Counted from the first letter of the stretch, positions 23,695 through 36,977 are shown. The stretch: 64,000 nucleotides of DNA from Squalus acanthias (GCA_030390025.1 JASTWF010000330.1:372001-436000), one strand, 5' to 3'. Notes: a model not told the origin generated them from the sequence alone. Program-made: numbers and translations.

Positions 23695-25355
23695 GTATCT
23701 GTCTCGTTCGGTCCATTGTGTCCAGACTGTTCACACAATGCGACTCCTGAAAAGATCATCCAGTCTCTTACTGAGTGAGTGGGTGTTGTGACTGAGGGGA
23801 GCGGGATGAGGAGACTGAGGGGAGCGGGATGAGGAGACTGAGGGGAGTGGGATGTGGATACTGAGGGAAGTGGCATGTGGATACTGAGGGAAGTGGGATG
23901 AGGAGACTGAGGGGAGTGGGATGAGGAGACTGTGGGGAGTGGGATGAGGAGACTGAGGGGAGTGGGATGAGGAGACTGAGGGGAGCGGGATGAGGAGACT
24001 GAGGGGAGTGGGATGTGGATACTGAGGGAAGTGGGATGTGGATACTGAGGGAAGTGGGATGAGGAGACTGAGGGGAGTGGGATGAGGAGACTGCGGGGAG
24101 TGGGATGAGGAAACTGAGGGGAGTGGGATGAGCGACTGAGGGGAGTGGGAAAAGGAGATTGAGGGAAGCGAGATGTGGAGACTGAGGGGAGTGGGATGAG
24201 GAGACGGAGGGGAGTGGGATGAGGAGACTGAGGGGATGGGATGAGCAGACTGAGGGGAGTGGGATGAGGAGGCTGAGGGGAGTGGGATGAGAATACTTTG
24301 TGGAGTTGGATGATGAGACTGAGGGGAGTGGGAAGAGGAGACTGTGTGGAGTGGGATGAGGAGACTGTGTGGAGTGGTATGAGGAGGCTGAAGGGAGTGG
24401 GTTGAGGAGACTGTGGGGAGTGGTACGAGGAGACTGAGGGGAGTGGGATGAGGAAACTGAGGGGAGTGGGATGAGGAGGCTGAGGGGAGCTGGATGAGGA
24501 GACAGAGGGGAGTGGGCTGAGGAGACTGAGGGGAGTGGAATGAGGAGACTGTGGGAATGGGATGAGAGACTGAGGGGAGTGGGATATGGAGACTGAGGGG
24601 AGTGGGATGAGGAGACTGAGGGGAGTGGGATGAGGAGACTGAGGGGAGTGGGATATGGAGACTGAGGGGAGTGGGATGAGGAGACTGAGGGGAGTGGGAT
24701 GAGGAGACTGAGGGGAGTGTGATGTGGAGACTGAGTAGAGTGGGATGAGGAGACTGAGGAGAGTGTGATGAGGAGACTGAGGGGAGTTGGATGAGGAGAC
24801 TGAGGGGAGTGGGATGTGGAGACTGAGGGGAGCGGGATGAGGACACTGAGGGGAGTGGGATGAGGAGGCTGAGTGGAGTGGGATGTGGAGACACAGGGGA
24901 GTGGGATGAGGATACTGAGGGGAGTGGGATGAGGAGACTGAGGGGAGTGGGATGTGGAGACTGAGGGGAGTGGGATGAGGAGACTGAGGAGAGTGGGATG
25001 AGGAGACTGAGGGGAGTGGGATGAGGAGAATGAGGGGAGTGGGATGAAGGGACTGAGGAGAGTGGGATGAGGAGAGTGAGGTGAGTGGGATGAGGAGACT
25101 GAGGGGTGTGGGAGGCAGTACCTGAGGGGAGTGGGACGCAGTTCCTGAGGGGAGTGTAATGCAGTTCCTGAGGGGATTGGGACACAGTTCCTGAGGGGAG
25201 TGGGACGCAGTTCCTGAGGGGAGTGGGATGCAGTTCCTGAGGGGAGTGGGACGCAGTGAGTGAGTGGGATTGTGATTGGCTCCAGTAACAGCCTGATGAC
25301 CTGTTCTGGTTTTCTCCACTCTGCACTCTCCCATGTCTCTCTTCCTTTATTACAG

Positions 25356-25451
25356 ATCCGGACACATCCACAACACAGGAACCCAAGGAACCGTCGAGTC
25401 GAGAATCCACTGACCGTACAACCACTATCCCAGTGGGGTCTGCAGCCTCAG
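25356..25451 (+). CDS. Mucin-like repeat exon A7 (identical to A5)
   Basis: AG/GT, 96 bp. DPDTSTTQEPKEPSSRESTDRTTTIPVGSAAS. Confidence 0.8.
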
Positions 25452-26722
25452 GTATCAGTCTTGTTCGGTCAATTGTGTACAATTTGTTCACCCACTGTGA
25501 CTCCTGAAAAGCTCATCCAGTCTCTTACTGAGTGACTGGGTATAGTGACTGAGGGTAGTGTGATGAGGACACTGAGGGGAGTGGGATGAGGAGACTGAGT
25601 GGAGTGGGATGTGAAGACACAGGGGAGTGGGATGAGGATACTGAGGGGAGTGGGATGAGGAGACTGAGGGGAGTGGGATGTGGAGACTGAGGGGAGTGGG
25701 ATGAGGAGACTGAATGGAGTGGGATGAGGAGACTGAGGGGAGAGGGATGAGGAGACTGAGGGGAGTGGGATGTGGAGACTGAGGGGAGTGGGATTTGGAG
25801 ACTGAGGGGAGTGGGATGAGGAGACTTAGTGGAGTGGGATGAGGAGACTGAGGGGAGTGGGATGTGGAGACTGAGGGGAGTGGGATGTGGAGACTGAGGG
25901 GAGTGGGATGAGGAGACTGAGGGGAGTGGGATGAGGAGACTGAGGGGATAGGGATGTGGAGACTGAGGGGTGTGGTATTAGGAGACTGAGGGGAGTGGGA
26001 TGAGGAGACTGAGGGGAGTGGGATGAGGAGACTGAAGGGAGTGGGATGTGGAGACTGAGGAGAGTGTGATGAGGAGACTGAGGGGAGTTGGATGAGGAGA
26101 CTGAGGGGAGTGGGATGTGGAGACTGAGGGGAGCGGGATGAGGACACTAAGGGGAGTGGGATGAGGAGGCTGAGTGGAGTGGGATGTGGAGACACAGGGG
26201 AGTGGGATGAGGATACTGAGGGGAGTGGGATGAGGAGACTGAGGGGAGTGGGATGTGGAGACTGAGGGGAGTGGGATGAGGAGACAGAGGGGAGTGGGCT
26301 GAGGAGACTGAGGGGAGTGGAATGAGGAGACTGTGGGAATGGGATGAGAGACTGAGGGGAGTGGGATGAGGAGACTGAGGGGAGTGGGATGAGGAGGCTA
26401 AATGGAGCGGGATGAGGAGACTGAGTGGAGTGGGATGAGGAGACTGAGGGGAGCTGGATGAGGAGACTGAGGGGAGCTGGAAGAGGAGACTGAGGGGCGT
26501 GGGATGAGGTGACTGAGGGGAGTGGAATGAGGAGACTGTGGGGAATGGGATGAGAGACTGAGAGGAGTGGGATGAGGAGACTGAGGGGAGCTGGATGAGG
26601 AGACTGAAGGGAGTCGGACGCAGTGAGTGAGTGGGATTGTGATTGGCTCCAGTAACAGCCTGATGGCCTGTTCTGGTTTTCTCCACTCTGCAGTCTCCCA
26701 TGTCTCTCTTCCTTTATTACAG

Positions 26723-26818
26723 ATCCGGAAACACCCACGTCACAGGAACCCGAGGAACAGTCGACTCGAGAATCTACTGACCGTTCTTCCACTATCCCAG
26801 TTGTGTCTGCAGCCTCAG
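26723..26818 (+). CDS. Mucin-like repeat exon A8
   Basis: AG/GT, 96 bp. DPETPTSQEPEEQSTRESTDRSSTIPVVSAAS. Confidence 0.8.
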
Positions 26819-27817
26819 GTATCTCTCTCATTCGATCCATTGTGTACAGTCTGTTCACCCAATGTGACTCCTGAAAATTTCATCCAGTCTCTGACTGAGT
26901 GAGTGGGTGTTGTGACTGAGGGGAGCGGTTTGAGCGACTGAGGAGATTGGGAATAGGAGACTGAGGGGAATTTGAGGAGGATACTGAGGGGAGTTGGATG
27001 AGGAGACTGAGGGGAGTGGGAAAAGGAGACTGAAGGGAGTGGGATGAGGAGACAGAGTGGAGTGGGAAAAGGAGACTGAAGGGAGTGGGGAATGAGGAGA
27101 CTGAAGGGAGTGTGGATGACGAGACTGAAGGGAGTGGGATGAGGAGACTGCGGGGAATGGGATGAGGAGACTGAGGGGATTGGGATGACGAGACTGAGGG
27201 GAATGGGATGAGGAGACTGAGGGGAGTGGGATGAGGAGTCTGAGGGAGTGGGATGAGGAGACTGAGGGGAGCTGGATGAGGAGATTTAGGGGAGTGGGAT
27301 GAGGAGACTGAGGGGAGTGGGATGAGGAGACTGAGGGGAGTGGGATGAGGAGACTGAGGGGAGTGGGATGAGGACACTGTGGGGAATGGGATGAGAATAC
27401 TTTGTGGAGTGGTATGAGGAGATTAAGTGGAGTGTGATGCGGAGACTGAAGGGAGTGGGATGAGGAGACTGTGGGGAATGGGATGAGAATACTTTGTGGA
27501 GTGGTATGAGGAGATTAAGGGGAGTGTGATGAGGAGACTGAAGGGAGTGGTATGAGGAGACTGAGTGGAGCTGGATGAGGAGACTGAGGGGAGTGGGATG
27601 AGGAGACTGAGGTGAGTGGAATGAGGAGACTGTGGGGAATGGAATGAGAATACTTTGTGGAATGGTGTGAGGAGACTGAGGGGAGCTGGATGAGGAGACT
27701 GAAGGGAGTCGGACGCAGTGAGTGAGTGGGATTGTGATTAGCTCCAGTTCCAGCCTGATGACCTGTTCTGGTTTTCTCCACTCTGCACTCTCCCATGTCT
27801 CTCTTCCTTTATTACAG

Positions 27818-27913
27818 ATCCGGAAACACCCACAACACAGGAACCCGAGGAACAGTCGACTCGAGAATCCACTGACCGTTCATCCACTATCCCAGTGGGG
27901 TCTGCAGTCTCAG
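27818..27913 (+). CDS. Mucin-like repeat exon A9
   Basis: AG/GT, 96 bp. DPETPTTQEPEEQSTRESTDRSSTIPVGSAVS. Confidence 0.8.
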
Positions 27914-29600
27914 GTATCAGTCTCGTTCGGTCCATTGTGTACAGACTGTTCACCCAATGCGACTCCTACTGAGTGAGTGGGTGTTGTGACTGAGGGGAGC
28001 GGGATGATGAGACTGAGGGGAGTGGGAAAAAGAGAGGTAAGGGAGTGGGTTGAGGAGACTGAGAGGAGTGGGATTAGGTTACTGAGGGAAGTGGGATGAG
28101 CAGACTGAGGGGAGCGGGATGAGGATACTGAGGGGACAGGGATGTGGTTACTGAGGGAAGTGGGATGAGGAGACTGTGGGGAATGGGATGTGGAGACTGA
28201 AGGGAGTGGGATGAGGAAACTGAGGTGTGTGGGATGAGGAGACTGAGGGGAGTGGGACGAGAATGAGGGGAGTGGGATGAGGAGACTGAGGGGAATGGGA
28301 TGAGGAGACTGAGGTGCGCGGGATGAGGAGACTGAGGTGAGTGGGATGAGGAGACTGAGGGGAGCGGGATGAGGAGACTGAGATCAGTGGGATGAGTAGA
28401 CTGAGGGAAGTGGGATGAGGAGAATTAGGGAAGTGGGATGATGAGACTGAGGGGAGTGGGATGAGGAGACTGAGGGGAGCGGTATGAGGAGAATGAGGAG
28501 TGTGGGATGAGGAGACTGAGGGGAGTGGGATGAGGAGACTGAGGGGAGTGGGATGACGAGACTGTGTGGAGTGGGATGAGTAGACTGAGGGGAGCGGTAT
28601 GAGGAGACTGAGGGGAGTGGGATGAGTAGACTGAGGGAAGTGGGATGAGGAGAATTAGGGAAGTGGGATGATGAGACTGAGGGGAGTTGGATGAGGAGAC
28701 TGAGGGGAGTGAAATGTGGAGACTGAGGGGTGTGGGATGAGGAGACTGAGGGGAGTGGGATGAGGAGACTGAAGGTAGTGGGTTGAGGAGACTGAGGGGA
28801 GTGGGATGAGTAGACTGAGGGGAGTGGGATGTGGAGACTGAGGGGTGTGGGATGAGGAGACTGAGGGGAGTGGGATGAGGAGACTGAGGGGAGTGGGATG
28901 AGGAGACTGAGGGGAGTGGGATGTGGAGACTGAGGGGTGTGGGGTGAGGACACTCTGGGGAGTGGGAAGAGGAGACTCAGGGGAGTGGGATGAGTAGACT
29001 GAGGTAAGTGGGATGAGGAGAATTAGGGAAGTGGGATGATGAGACTGAGGGGAGTTGGATGAGGAGACTGAGGGGAGTGAGATGTGGAGACTGAAGGGAG
29101 TGGGATGAGGAGACTGATGGGAGTGGGATGAGGAGAATGAGCAGATTTGGATGAGGAGACTGAGGGGAGTGGGATGTGGAGAATGAAGGGCGTGGGATAA
29201 GGAGGCTGAGGGGAGTGGGATGAGGAGACTGAGGAGAGTGGGATGAGGAGACTGAGGGGAGTGGAGTCAGGCGACTGAGGGGAGCTGGATGAGGAGACAG
29301 AGGGGAGTGGGATGAGGAGACTGAGGAGAGTGGTATGAGGAGACTGAGGGGAGTGGTATGAGGAGACTGAGGGGTGTGGGCTGAGGAGACTGAGGGGAGT
29401 GGAATGAGGAGACTGTGGGGAATGGGATGAGAATATTTTTTTGGAGTGGTATGAGGAGACTAGGGGAGTGGGATGAGGAGACTGAGTGGAGTCGGATGCA
29501 GTGAGTGAGTGTGATTGTGATTGGCTCCAGTACCAGCCTGATGACCTGTTCTGGTTTTCTCCACTCTGCACTCTCCTATGTCTCTCTTCCTTTATTACAG

Positions 29601-29696
29601 ATCCGGAAACACTCACATCACAGGAACCCGAGGAACAGTCGACTCGAGAATCCACTAACCGTTCATCCACTATCCCAGTGGTGTCTGCAGTCTCAG
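29601..29696 (+). CDS. Mucin-like repeat exon A10
   Basis: AG/GT, 96 bp. DPETLTSQEPEEQSTRESTNRSSTIPVVSAVS. Confidence 0.8.
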
Positions 29697-30693
29697 GTAT
29701 CTGTCTTGTTCGGTACATTCTGTACAGACTGTTCACCCAATGTGACTCCTGAAAAGATCACCCAGTCTCTTACTGAGTGATTGGATGTTGTGACTGAGGG
29801 CAGCGGGATGAGGAGACTGAGGGGAGTGGGATGTGGATATTGAGGGAAGTGGGATGAGGAGACTGAGGGGAATGGGAAAAGGATACTGAAGGGAGTGGGA
29901 TGCGGAGACTGAGTGGAGTGGGATGAGGAGACAGAGTGGAGTGGGAAAAGGAGACTGAAGGGAGTGGGATGAGGAGACTGAGGGAGTGGGATGAGGAGAC
30001 TGAGGGGAGTGGGATGAGGAGACTGAGGGGAGTGGGATGAGGACACTGTGGGGAATGGGATGAGAATACTTTGTGGAGTGGTATGAGGAGATTAAGTGGA
30101 GTGTGATGCGGAGACTGAAGGGAGTGGGATGAGGAGACTGTGGGGAATGGGATGAGAATACTTTGTGGAGTGGTATGAGGAGATTAAGGGGAGTGTGATG
30201 AGGAGACTGAAGGGAGTGGTATGAGGAGACTGAGTGGAGCTGGATGAGGAGACTGAGGGGAGTGGGATGAGGAGACTGAGGTGAGTGGAATGAGGAGACT
30301 GTGGGGAATGGAATGAGAATACTTTGTGGAATGGTGTGAGGAGACTGAGGGGAGCTGGATGAGGAGACTGAGGGGAGCTGGATGAGGAGACTGAGGGGAG
30401 TGGAATGAGGAGACTGTGGGGAATGGAATGAGAATACTTTGTGGAATGGTGTGAGGAGACTGAGTGGAGCTGGATGAGGAGACTGAGGGGAGTGGGATGA
30501 GGAGACTGAGGTGAGTGGAATGAGGAGACTGTGGGGAATGGAATGAGAATACTTTGTGGAATGGTGTGAGGAGACTGAAGGGAGTCGGACGCAGTGAGTG
30601 AGTGGGATTGTGATTAGCTCCAGTTCCAGCCTGATGACCTGTTCTGGTTTTCTCCACTCTGCACTCTCCCATGTCTCTCTTCCTTTATTACAG

Positions 30694-30789
30694 ATCCGGA
30701 AACACCCACAACACAGAAACCCGAGGAACAGTCGACTCGAGAATCCACTGACCGTTCATCCACTATCCCAGTGGGGTCTGCAGTCTCAG
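30694..30789 (+). CDS. Mucin-like repeat exon A11
   Basis: AG/GT, 96 bp. DPETPTTQKPEEQSTRESTDRSSTIPVGSAVS. Confidence 0.8.
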
Positions 30790-33303
30790 GTATCAGTCTC
30801 GTTCGGTCCATTGTGTACAGACTGTTCACCCAATGCGACTCCTACTGAGTGAGTGGGTGTTGTGACTGAGGGGAGCGGGATGATGAGACTGAGGGGAGTG
30901 GGAAAAAGAGAGGTAAGGGAGTGGGTTGAGGAGACTGAGAGGAGTGGGATTAGGTTACTGAGGGAAGTGGGATGAGGAGACTGAGGGGAGCGGGATGAGG
31001 ATACTGAGGGGACAGGGATGTGGTTACTGAGGGAAGTGGGATGAGGAGACTGTGGGGAATGGGATGTGGAACTGAAGGGAGTGGGATGAGGAAACTGAGG
31101 TGTGTGGGATGAGGAGACTGAGGGGAGTGGGACGAGAATGAGGGGAGTGGGATGAGGAGACTGAGGGGAATGGGATGTGGAGACTGAGGGGAGTGGGATG
31201 AGGAGACTGAGGGGAGTGGGATGAGGAGACTGAGGGGAGTGGGATGTGGAGACAGAGGGGAGTGGGATTTGGAGACTGAGGGGAGTGGGATGAGGAGACT
31301 GAGGGGAATGGGATGAGGAGACTGAGGGGAGTGGGATTTGGAGACTGAGGAGAGTGGGATTAGGAGACTGAGGGGAGTTGGATGAGGAGACTGAGGGGAG
31401 TGGGATGAGGAGACTGAGGGGAGCGGGATGAGGACACTGAGGGGACTGGGATGAGGAGACTGAGTGGAGTGGGATGTGGAGACACAGGGGAGTGGGATGA
31501 GGATACTGAGGGGAGTGGGATGAGGAGACTGAGGGGAGTGGGATGTGGAGACTGAGGGGAGTGGGATGAGGAGACTGAGGGTAGTGGGATGTGGAGACTG
31601 AGGGGAGTGGGATTTGGAGACTGAGGGGAGTGGGATGAGGAGACTGAGGGGATAGGGATGAGGAGACTGAGGGGAGTGGGATGAGGTGACTGAGGGGAGT
31701 GGGATGAGGAGACTGAGGGGATAGGGATGTGGAGACTGAGGGGAGTGGGATGAAGAGACTAAGGAGAGTGGGATGAGGACACTGATGGGAGAGGGATGAG
31801 GAGACTGAGGGAAGTGGGATTTGGAGACTGAGGAGAGTGGGATGAGGAGACTGAGGGGATTTGGATGAGGAGACTGAGGGGAGTGGGATGAGGAGACTGA
31901 GGGGAGCGGGATGAGGACACTGAGGTGAGTGGGATGAGGAGACTGAGTGGAGTGGGATGTGGAGACACAGGGGAGTGGGATGAGGATACTGAGGGGAGTG
32001 GGATGAGGAGACTGAGCGGAGTGGGATTTGGAGACTGAGGGTAGTGGGATGTGGAGACTGAGGGGTGTGGGATGTGGAGACTGAGGGGAGTGGGATGAGG
32101 AGACTGAGGGGAGTGGGATGAGGAGACTGAGGGGATAGGGATGAGGAGACTGAGGGGAGTGGGATGAAGAGACTAAGGAGAGTGGGATGAGGAGACTGAT
32201 GGGAGAGGGATGAGGGGTCTGAGGGGAGTTGGATGAGGAGAATGAGGGAAGTGGCATGAGGAGAATGAAGGGAGTGAGATGAGGAGACTGAAGGGAGTGG
32301 GATGATGAGACTGAGGGGAGTGGGATGAGGAGACCGAAGGGAAGGGGATGAGGAGACTGATGGGAGTGGCATGAGGATACTGTGGGGAATGGGATGAGAA
32401 TATTTTGTGGAGTGGTATGAGGAGACTAATTGGAGTGGCATGAGGAGACTGAGGGGAGTGGGATGAGGAGACTGAGGGGAGTGGGATGAGGAGACTGTAT
32501 GGAGTGGGATCAGGAGTCTGAGGCTAGTGGGATGAGGAGAATGAGGGGTGTGGGATGAGGAGACTGTGTTGAGTGGGATGTGGAGACTGAGGGGAGTGGG
32601 ATGAGGAGACTGAGGGGAGTGGGATGAGGAGACTGAGGGGAGTGTGATTAGGAGACTGAGGGGAACGGGATGAGGAGACTGAGGGGAGTGGGATGAGGAG
32701 ACTGAGGGGAGTGGGATGAGGAGAGTGAGGGGAGTGGGATGAGGAGAGTGAGGGGAGTAGGATGAGGAGACTGAGGGGAACGGGATGAGGAATCTGAGGG
32801 GAGTGGGATGAGGACACTGTGGCGAGTGTGATGAGGAGACTGAGTGGTGTGGGATGAGGAGACTGAGTGAAGTGAGATGAGGATACTGAGGGGTGATGGA
32901 TGAGGAGACTGAGGTGAGTGGGATCAGGAGACTGAGAGTATTGGGATGACGAGACTGAGCCGAATGGGATGAGCAGACTGAGGGGACTGTATTGGGGAGA
33001 CTGTGGATACTGGGATCAGGCGACTGAGGTGTGTGGGATGAGGAGACTGAGGGGTGTGGGAGGCAGTACCTGAGGGGAGTGGGACGCAGTTCCTGAGGGG
33101 AGTGTAACGCAGTTCCTGAGGGGATTGGGACACAGTTCCTGAGGGGAGTGGGACGCAGTTCCTGAGGGGAGTGGGACGCAGTGAGTGAGGGGAGTCGGAC
33201 GCAGTGAGTGAGTGGGATTGTGATTGGCTCCAGTAACAGCCTGATGTCCTGTTCTGGTTTTCTCCACTCTGCACTCTCCCATGTCTCTCTTCCTTTATTA
33301 CAG

Positions 33304-33399
33304 ATCCGGACACATCCACAACACAGGAACCCGAGGAACCGTCGAGTCGAGAATCCACTGACCGTTCAACCACTATCCCAGTGGGGTCTGCAGCCTCAG
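33304..33399 (+). CDS. Mucin-like repeat exon A12
   Basis: AG/GT, 96 bp. DPDTSTTQEPEEPSSRESTDRSTTIPVGSAAS. Confidence 0.8.
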
Positions 33400-34673
33400 G
33401 TATCTGTCTTGTTCGGTCCATTGTGTACAATCTGTTCACCCAATGTGATCCTGAAAAGCTCATCCAGTCTCTTACTGAGTGACTGGGTATAGTGACTGAG
33501 GGTGGCGGGATGAGGACACTGAGGGGGGTGGGATGGGGAGACTGAGTGGAGTGGGATGTGGAGACTGAGGGGAGTGGGATTTGGAGAATGAGGGGAGTGT
33601 GATGAGGAGACTGAGGGGAGTGGGATGAGGAGACTGAGGGGAGTGGGATGACGAGACTGTGTGGAGTGGGATGAGTAGACTGAGGGGAGCGGTATGAGGA
33701 GACTGAGGGGAGTGGGATGAGTAGACTGAGGGAAGTGGGATGAGGAGAATTAGGGAAGTGGGATGATGAGACTGAGGGGAGTTGGATGAGGAGACTGAGG
33801 GGAGTGAAATGTGGAGACTGAGGGGTGTGGGATGAGGAGACTGAGGGGAGTGGGATGAGGAGACTGAAGGTAGTGGGTTGAGGAGACTGAGGGGAGTGGG
33901 ATGAGGAGACTGAGGGGAGTGGGATGTGGAGACTGAGGGGTGTGGGATGAGGAGACTGAGGGGAGTGGGATGAGGAGACTGAGGGGAGTGGGATGAGGAG
34001 ACTGAGGGGAGTGGGATGTGGAGACTGAGGGGTGTGGGGTGAGGACACTCTGGGGAGTGGGAAGAGGAGACTCAGGGGAGTGGGATGAGTAGACTGAGGT
34101 AAGTGGGATGAGGAGAATTAGGGAAGTGGGATGATGAGACTGAGGGGAGTTGGATGAGGAGACTGAAGGGAGTGGGATGAGGAGACTGATGGGAGTGGGA
34201 TGAGGAGAATGAGCAGATTTGGATGAGGAGACTGTGGGGAGTGGGATGTGGAGAATGAAGGGCGTGGGATAAGGAGGCTGAGGGGAGTGGGATGAGGAGA
34301 CTGAGGAGAGTGGGATGAGGAGACTGAGGGGAGTGGAGTCAGGCGACTGAGGGGAGCTGGATGAGGAGACAGAGGGGAGTGGGATGAGGAGACTGAGGAG
34401 AGTGTTATGAGGAGACTGAGGGGAGTGGTATGAGGAGACTGAGGGGTGTGGGCTGAGGAGACTGAGGGGAGTGGAATGAGGAGACTGTGGGGAATGGGAT
34501 GAGAATACTTTTTTTGGAGTGGTATGAGGAGACTAGGGGAGTGGGATGAGGAGACTGAGTGGAGTCGGATGCAGTGAGTGAGTGGGATTGTGATTGGCTC
34601 CAGTACCAGCCTGATGACCTGTTCTGGTTTTCTCCACTCTGCACTCTCCCCTGTCTCTCTTCATATATTACAG

Positions 34674-34761
34674 ATCCGGAAACACTCACATCACAGGAAC
34701 CCGAGGAACAGTCGACTCGAGAATCCACTAACCGTTCATCCACTATCCCAGTGGTGTCTGC
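34674..34761 (+). CDS. Mucin-like repeat exon A13, truncated by the assembly gap
   Basis: Acceptor tatattacAG. DPETLTSQEPEEQSTRESTNRSSTIPVVS, then N 8 bp before the expected donor. Confidence 0.7.
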
Positions 34762-35261
34762 NNNNNNNNNNNNNNNNNNNNNNNNNNNNNNNNNNNNNNN
34801 NNNNNNNNNNNNNNNNNNNNNNNNNNNNNNNNNNNNNNNNNNNNNNNNNNNNNNNNNNNNNNNNNNNNNNNNNNNNNNNNNNNNNNNNNNNNNNNNNNNN
34901 NNNNNNNNNNNNNNNNNNNNNNNNNNNNNNNNNNNNNNNNNNNNNNNNNNNNNNNNNNNNNNNNNNNNNNNNNNNNNNNNNNNNNNNNNNNNNNNNNNNN
35001 NNNNNNNNNNNNNNNNNNNNNNNNNNNNNNNNNNNNNNNNNNNNNNNNNNNNNNNNNNNNNNNNNNNNNNNNNNNNNNNNNNNNNNNNNNNNNNNNNNNN
35101 NNNNNNNNNNNNNNNNNNNNNNNNNNNNNNNNNNNNNNNNNNNNNNNNNNNNNNNNNNNNNNNNNNNNNNNNNNNNNNNNNNNNNNNNNNNNNNNNNNNN
35201 NNNNNNNNNNNNNNNNNNNNNNNNNNNNNNNNNNNNNNNNNNNNNNNNNNNNNNNNNNNNN
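34762..35261. other. Assembly gap (500 N, probably a placeholder length)
   Basis: Run of exactly 500 N. The orientation of exons and satellites inverts across it. Confidence 0.99.
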
Positions 35262-35321
35262 GTTTTCAGGAGTCACATTGAGTGAACAGACTGTAAACAA
35301 TGGGCCCCACAAGACAGATAC

Positions 35322-35417
35322 CTGAGGCTGCAGACACTGCTGGGATAGTGGATGAACCGTCAGCAGATTCTTCAGTTGGTTGTTCCTCGGTTTCCAGATT
35401 TGGGGACCTGGCCGGAC
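35322..35417 (-). CDS. Mucin-like repeat exon B1
   Basis: Minus strand ttattacAG / GTATCT, 96 bp, phase 1-1. GPARSPNLETEEQPTEESADGSSTIPAVSAAS. Confidence 0.8.
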
Positions 35418-36977
35418 CTGTAATAAAGGAAGAGAGAGATTGGAGAGTGGAGGAGTGAAGAACACCAGAACAGGTCACCAGACTGAGACGAAACCTGGAG
35501 AATGTCAGACACCAGTCTTTCTAATCACCAGAATCATACAAACCCACTCCCCTCAGGAACTGTGTCCCAATCCCCGCAGGAACAGTGTCCCACTCCCCTC
35601 AGGAACTGTGTCCCAATCCCCTCAGTAACTGTGTCCCACTCCCCTCAGGAACTGTGTCCCACTTCCCTCAGGAACTCCGTCCCACTCCCCTCAGGAACTG
35701 CGACCCACTTACCTCAGCAACTGTGTCCCAGTCCCGTCAGAAACTGTGTCCCACTCCCCTCAGGAACTGTGTCCCACTCCCCTCAGGAACTGTGTCCCAC
35801 GCCCCTCAAGAACTGTGTCCCACTCCCCTCAGGAACTGTGTCCCACTCCCCTCAGGAACTGTGTCCCACTCCCCTCAGGAAATCTATCCCACTCCCCACA
35901 GGAACTGTGTCCCACTCCCCTCAGGAACAGTGTCCCACTCCCCTCAGGAACTGTGTCCCATTCCCCTCAGGAACTGTGTCCCACTCCCCTCAGGAACTAT
36001 GTCCCACTCCCCTCAGAAACTGTGTCCCCCTCTCCTCAGGAAATGTGTCCCGCTCCCCTCAGCAACTGTGTCTCACTCCCCTCAGGAACTGTGTCCCACT
36101 CCCCTCAGGAACTGTGTCCCCCTCCCCTCAGGAACTGTGTCCCACTCACCTCAGGAACTGTGTCCCACTCCCCTCAGGAACTGTGTCCCACTCCCCTCAG
36201 GAACTGTGTCCCACTCCCCTCAGGAACAGCGTTCCACTCCCCTCAGGAACTGTGTCCCACTCCCCTCAGGAACAGCGTTCCACTCCCCTCAGGAACTGTG
36301 TCCCACTCCCCTCAGGAGCTGTGTCCCACTCCCCGCAGGAACTGTGTCCCACTCCCCTCAGGAACTGTGTCCCACTCCGATCAATAACTGTGTCCCACTC
36401 CCCTCAGGAACTGTGTCCCACTCCCCTCAGGAACTGTGTCCCACTCACCTCAGGAACTGTGTCCCTCTCCCATCAGGAACTGCGTCCCACTCCCCTCAGG
36501 AACTGTGTCCCACTCCCCTCAGTAACTGTGATCCACTCCCCTCAGGAACTGCGTCCCACTCCCCTAAGGAACTGTGTCACCGTCCCCTCTGGAACTGCGT
36601 CCCACTCCCCTCAGGAAATGCATCCCATTCCCCTCGGGAACTGCGTCCCACTCCCTTCGGGAACAGCATCCCACTACCCTCCATCTCCACATCCCACTCC
36701 CCTCAGTTCCCTCAGACCACTCCCCTCAGTCTCCTCATCCCACACCCCTCAGTCACCTCATCCCACTCCCCTCAGTCACGATTACCACTCCCCTCAGTTT
36801 CCTCATCCCACTCCCCTCAGTCTCATCAACCCACTCCCCTCAGTCTCCTCATCCAACTCTCCTCAGTCACGGTACCCACTTCCTCAGTAAGAGATTGGTT
36901 GAATCTCCGGGAATGAGGTTTTCGGGAGTCACATTGAGTGAACAGACTGTAAACAATGGGCCCCACAAGACAGATAC

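Larger units (their letters stand above)
13900..34570. repeat. 23-bp minisatellites filling all introns of the + strand exon array
   Basis: Unit 1 GAGGGGAGTGGGATGAGGAGACT is dominant and degenerate. Unit 2 GAGGGGAGTGGGACACAGTTCCT occurs at about 15120-16018 and in short runs near 18470, 22410, 25120 and 33070. Confidence 0.97.

Noticed and set aside
13830..34743. Minus-strand Pro/Ser/His-rich ORFs (SHSPQSPHPTPLSLLIPLPSVS)
   Set aside because: They come from a 23-bp satellite, which is not a multiple of 3, so overlapping frames give the same peptide. Frequent indels are tolerated, and the splice signals are on the opposite strand.
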